A DNA stretch of 64,000 nucleotides from Candidatus Poribacteria bacterium (GTDB taxonomy: Bacteria > Poribacteria > WGA-4E > WGA-3G): NCBI GenBank assembly GCA_964291315.2, contig OZ219750.1, positions 32,001 through 96,000 on the forward strand, written 5' to 3'. The translations under genes were made by a program, and so were the position numbers. Positions 60,180-64,000 of the stretch are shown one piece after another. The notes under the pieces are model-generated. The model did not search any database, was not told the DNA's origin, and saw only the letters and a program-made list of their open reading frames with translations. Positions within the stretch are counted from its first letter, which is position 1. Each line of letters opens with the position of its first letter.

Positions 60180-61400
60180 TTATTGTTCTGATCTTGTTGG
60201 TGGAACGGATTGGTTCACAGAGGAAACGTAATGCTGAATAGCGCGGGTGATGGCTTGCGCGATGCTAGCCGTGTAGTCAGCATTAGAGAGTTTCCTTAAA
60301 TCCTCGGCATTAGAAAGATAACCGATTTCCAGAACGACAGCGGGTGTAAAGATATCAGATAAAGTAGTCAGGGGTAGTTCGGTAATCGGGATAGGTGTCT
60401 CTGTTAGGAAATTGAGTTCTGTCTGCAAGACAGCTGCGAAGTCGCGGCTCTGTTTTAAAAAATTGGCTTGGGCGAGGAATTTCAATCTTTGTCCTGGAGG
60501 TGCCTGCCCGCTGCCCCTCCGGAATCGGAGGTGTCCTTTAGGGTTATTGAGGTAAATCTTGATACCTTTTTCATGGGATGAAAAAGAGGTGTTGCAGTGT
60601 AGACTGAGAAAGAGTCTGCCTTGGTTTCGATTCGCAACTTGAATCCGTTCGAAGTGTGTTTTTTGGGTGTCTGTCTGCCGTGTGAGGTAAACCTGCATTT
60701 CTTGTTGTTTACTGAGCTGTTGTATCCGTTTTGCGAGTGCGAGGACGATGTCTTTTTCGAGGATCCCGGTGTTGCCTTCACATCCGCTGTCATCTGGGCC
60801 GCCGTGTCCGGGGTCGATAATGATTGCCCAATTCTGGGCGCGGACTGCTACCGTGGGGTCCGAATTTTCTTTAGGTCTCATCTGGATCCTACGGAGGCTT
60901 GGATTGTAGATGACTTCCACATTATTGAAAAGTGGCAAGAGTTGGGTGAAGAAAGCGATAGGTAACATCGGCTGCTGTCGAATGATTATCGGAGCCGTTG
61001 AGAGGGTAATTTTGTTGCCCCCTGGGTCGATGTTAATTGTTGGATTGTCCATTTGTACGCGAATCCGCTTGTCTCTGATGGTGAGAGTCAGTCGTTTTCG
61101 CGGGTGGTTATACTGATGCGTCATTGCCGGATCAAGTACGTGTTTCACGGCATCAATGGAAAGGTAGACTTCCCCATCGTTGAGTCGGATAGGCACTTCT
61201 GCAACGGTCTTCCCATCAGCATCAATAAAATGAGCGTAGGGTTCTTGGGCAATACTGTTGAGTGCAAGAGTCCAAGCGAGAAGGCCGAAGAAAAGTGAGT
61301 AAACAGTCGGGCTGGACGCTATATGGAGCAAAGGTCTCCTATTCACGGGTACTGCTTGTCGCTTCTGTGTATGGGCGGTGTTATGTTTACCCTTCGTCAT
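60180..61400 (-). CDS. N-acetylmuramoyl-L-alanine amidase (Amidase_3)
   Basis: IDPGHGG, EKD, SLHCN and VLEIGY motifs; start at about 61400 (longer ORF overlaps rplY). Confidence 0.88.
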   Translation of the reverse strand: MTKGKHNTAHTQKRQAVPVNRRPLLHIASSPTVYSLFFGLLAWTLALNSIAQEPYAHFIDADGKTVAEVPIRLNDGEVYLSIDAVKHVLDPAMTHQYNHPRKRLTLTIRDKRIRVQMDNPTINIDPGGNKITLSTAPIIIRQQPMLPIAFFTQLLPLFNNVEVIYNPSLRRIQMRPKENSDPTVAVRAQNWAIIIDPGHGGPDDSGCEGNTGILEKDIVLALAKRIQQLSKQQEMQVYLTRQTDTQKTHFERIQVANRNQGRLFLSLHCNTSFSSHEKGIKIYLNNPKGHLRFRRGSGQAPPGQRLKFLAQANFLKQSRDFAAVLQTELNFLTETPIPITELPLTTLSDIFTPAVVLEIGYLSNAEDLRKLSNADYTASIAQAITRAIQHYVSSVNQSVPPTRSEQ

Positions 61401-62061
61401 TGTCCTGCCTACGGGAAATAACTTCTGGTTCCGTGGGCTCTTCAGTCGTTTCTTCGCCTTCTCCCTCACCCGCTTCACCTTCTGCTTCTTCAGTTTCAAG
61501 TTGGATACGAGGTTGGCTCACTGTGGCAATAGTCCGTTGGAAATCGTCTATAATCTCAACGTCAGGACCGAGGTTTAAATCAGCGACCTGAACAACCTCG
61601 CCTATTTCCAATTCCCTGACATCGATAGAGATCTCAGTGGGAAGTTGCATAGGCAGGCAATGAAGAGTCACTTGTCGGAGCAATAATTCGAGTACGCCTC
61701 CATCTTGGACACCAGCGGGGCTGCCTACCAGAACCACGGGTACAGACGAAGTCACAGGTTCATCCAGTGAAATTCTGATAAAATCGGCATGAACGAGTTC
61801 TTGTTTGTCTACCGGGTCACGTTGGATTTCTTTGATAATGACCGTTTCGGTGTTACTTCCCTCGATTTCCATATTGATGATAACATTTTCGCCGTATGTG
61901 CGTAGGAATTGTTTAAAGGTTCGCGTGCTGAGTCGGATCGGCAATGTCTCTTGTGTGCGTCCGTAGAGGATTGCTGGAAATTCGCCTTCACGTCGAAGGG
62001 CTCGTGAGCTGCTCTTTCCGAAAGTGTTGCGTAGTTGCCCCTCTAATTTTGCTTGTTGCAT
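61387..62061 (-). CDS. rplY: 50S ribosomal protein L25/Ctc
   Basis: GKSSSRALRREG.PAILYG, HADF, acidic tail. Confidence 0.95.
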   Translation of the reverse strand: MQQAKLEGQLRNTFGKSSSRALRREGEFPAILYGRTQETLPIRLSTRTFKQFLRTYGENVIINMEIEGSNTETVIIKEIQRDPVDKQELVHADFIRISLDEPVTSSVPVVLVGSPAGVQDGGVLELLLRQVTLHCLPMQLPTEISIDVRELEIGEVVQVADLNLGPDVEIIDDFQRTIATVSQPRIQLETEEAEGEAGEGEGEETTEEPTEPEVISRRQDNDEG

Positions 62062-62213
62062 TTTTCTTTTCCATTCAGTGGTTATCAGTTATCGGTTAAG
62101 AGATTTCTCTGTGAGAATTCACTACTTTCTGATGTGCTACGTATGTTGGCAGTAATTACTAGTTATTGCAAAAGCGGTTTTGATCTGATAGCCGACAGTT
62201 TTAAAAAAGGAGG

Positions 62214-62285
62214 CAGGGCGGGTAGGATTCGAACCTACGCATGCAGGTTCCAAAGACCTGTGCCTTACCGCTTGGCCACCGCCCT
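62214..62285 (-). tRNA. tRNA-Gln(UUG), CCA not encoded
   Basis: AGGGCGGTGGCCAAGCGGTAAGGC...TTG...GGTTCGAATCC cloverleaf. Confidence 0.94.
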
Positions 62286-62293
62286 TTACGTTA

Positions 62294-63172
62294 TTAATAT
62301 ACATACACACCGACTGGGCTGGTTATCGTGGATGTGCAAAAACTGGCTGCAGGTTTGAAGTATGATTCGCTCCGCTGTGCGGTATCCGCATCATGCATGA
62401 GAGCGAACAGGGTAGCCCCGCTTCCTGACATCAATGCTCCATAACATCCAGGCTGCGTAGAAAGTTCATTTTTTAGCGCGAAAATCTCAGGATGTTGGGA
62501 AAAGGCTGGCACTTCAAGCAGGTTATAAAGATTTTCCCCGGTGCCAACGATATCCCCCTTCTCGATGTGATTCTTTATAATTATACATGTTTTTCCACGC
62601 CTTGTCAAGGGAAAATTTAGATTTCTAAAAACCGTTGCTGTTGAAATTTGAATGCCGGGGTTTAAAAGTAGGATAGATACATTAGAAAGCAGGGGGATCG
62701 GTGTAAGTCGATCGCCGATGCCGAGTCCTAGTGCGGCGCCGCCGTGCAGGCAAAACGGCACATCTGCGCCCAATTTTCCCCCGAGTTGCATGAGGCTCTG
62801 CTGTGTGAGCCCGAGTTCAAAAAGTTGGTTTATGCCGTGTAGAACAGCAGCTGCATTCGCGCTGCCTCCTGCGAGGCCGGCTGCGACAGGTATCCGTTTG
62901 TAGATGTCAATTGTGATGCCTCCGATACCGCCGACTGCGTCGCTAAGTTGCTGTGCTGCACGCGCTGCAAGATTGCGGGAGTCCGTTGGGACGTTTGGAT
63001 GTTCACAGTGAACTGTCACCCGTTTTGATGCCTGTTTGCGAATGATGACATCATCGTGCAATCGGATGGAGTGGAAGATTGTTTCGAGGGTGTGATAGCC
63101 GTCTTGGCGTTTTCCGACTACATCCAAGTAGAGATTGATTTTCGCATGTGAACGCAGGCGTATATCTTGCAT
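62294..63172 (-). CDS. ispE: 4-diphosphocytidyl-2-C-methyl-D-erythritol kinase
   Basis: AKINLYL, PVAAGLAGGS, GADVPF and MSGSG motifs. Confidence 0.96.
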   Translation of the reverse strand: MQDIRLRSHAKINLYLDVVGKRQDGYHTLETIFHSIRLHDDVIIRKQASKRVTVHCEHPNVPTDSRNLAARAAQQLSDAVGGIGGITIDIYKRIPVAAGLAGGSANAAAVLHGINQLFELGLTQQSLMQLGGKLGADVPFCLHGGAALGLGIGDRLTPIPLLSNVSILLLNPGIQISTATVFRNLNFPLTRRGKTCIIIKNHIEKGDIVGTGENLYNLLEVPAFSQHPEIFALKNELSTQPGCYGALMSGSGATLFALMHDADTAQRSESYFKPAASFCTSTITSPVGVYVY

Positions 63173-63183
63173 GATTCTATATG

Positions 63184-63999
63184 CTATTGCGCTAGTTCGG
63201 AGAGTGGGATAATATCGATGTCTTCGCCGAGAAAGGGGTCTAGATTGAATTTACTGTCCTTAATTTCGACATTCAGTTGAACTTTGGCAATTTTGACAGC
63301 GACCCGTGTTTGTTCGAGGGGGCGTTCAATTTGGACGTTGTGTGCTCGGAGGATACCGCCTACCTCGCGATAATCGGAGAAGGCGGCGTGCTGTTGTAGG
63401 GTTCCATTTTCATCGTAGATATTCCACGCGGTGACCCGCGGTTCGTTGTCGCGGATAAGGATAGTAAGAGTCTCAACATGTCCTTCTTGAGCGCCGGTGC
63501 GTCTTATGTTAAACTTCGCCCCAGAACTTTCGATAGATATAAATTCATCGGTCCGCCCGTCAAGGAACGGGTTGGCGAAAATAGCGCTTAGTACGTCTGA
63601 TACCCGGAGGTCGATGCCGAAAATCTCTTGCAATGCCCCGTCAGACAGTGGCCCGAGGTAGGCTTTTTGCTCATTCAGCAGGGCAAGCATGAACTGATTT
63701 TCGTCTTGATTGGCGATCGCTACCCCGCGGGGTTCATTAAGGGGTCCTAATGCTTGAATCTGGAGCAATTCCCCACCGTTCTCGGATTTCTTATACCATA
63801 ACAGCTCTCGGATTTCCTCGCTTCGGTTGCGTTCCTCAATTGTTACCATCATCCGCGTTATTTTTAAGGAGCCTGTCAGGTCGTACCTGGCTTGCAGTGT
63901 GTTGAGAATGACATCTAATTCTGCGCGCGTTGCTGGCGAGAGCTCAACGCTTTTCGTACTGCTCCAACAGCCAAAGAGAGCAGTAAAGAGAAGACAGAA
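63184..63999 (-). CDS. LolA/LolB-fold-like lipoprotein, 5'-truncated by window edge
   Basis: Frame stays open to the window end (FCLLFTALFGCWSS, lipobox LFGC); sits in the lolB position upstream of ispE. Confidence 0.6.
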   Translation of the reverse strand, partial: FCLLFTALFGCWSSTKSVELSPATRAELDVILNTLQARYDLTGSLKITRMMVTIEERNRSEEIRELLWYKKSENGGELLQIQALGPLNEPRGVAIANQDENQFMLALLNEQKAYLGPLSDGALQEIFGIDLRVSDVLSAIFANPFLDGRTDEFISIESSGAKFNIRRTGAQEGHVETLTILIRDNEPRVTAWNIYDENGTLQQHAAFSDYREVGGILRAHNVQIERPLEQTRVAVKIAKVQLNVEIKDSKFNLDPFLGEDIDIIPLSELAQ

Positions 64000-64000
64000 A

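Overview
64-kb bacterial chromosomal window, most likely Candidatus Poribacteria or a relative (inferred from the UBact-proteasome locus and from LamG/CBM proteins ending in a [VI][DE]PxxKLTTxW motif; not proven). From left to right: (1) the tail of a heme-copper oxidase operon (ctaA, ctaB, two CoxIII paralogs, CoxIV, SCO) running into an uncharacterised USP/PCP_red/rubredoxin + PQQ-propeller + Mrp + CxxC-PCP_red module; (2) a tRNA-Ala-23S-5S operon with no 16S gene, driven by three tandem promoters; (3) a complete arc-dop-ubact-prcB-prcA-pafA proteasome locus; (4) a Type I R-M locus (hsdM...hsdS-uma2-hsdR-M48) split by an AT-rich cassette with its own promoter. The cassette encodes a 1415-aa helical-NTD/TPR/GreAB-C-like/PIN protein fused in frame to a DUF433 antitoxin, followed by a DUF5615 PIN toxin, and is the best candidate for an undescribed defence system. 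(5) FACL, a DAG-kinase-family gene, a large S8 protease, an ABC binding protein, an orphan structured element resembling an IS200/IS605 right end (omegaRNA), a helicase-less Type ISP-like R-M enzyme, an ABC exporter, three tandem serine hydrolases, and the housekeeping block lolB-like-ispE-tRNA-Gln-rplY-amidase-GerMN-pth. All family calls come from motif recognition by eye; no database searches were run.
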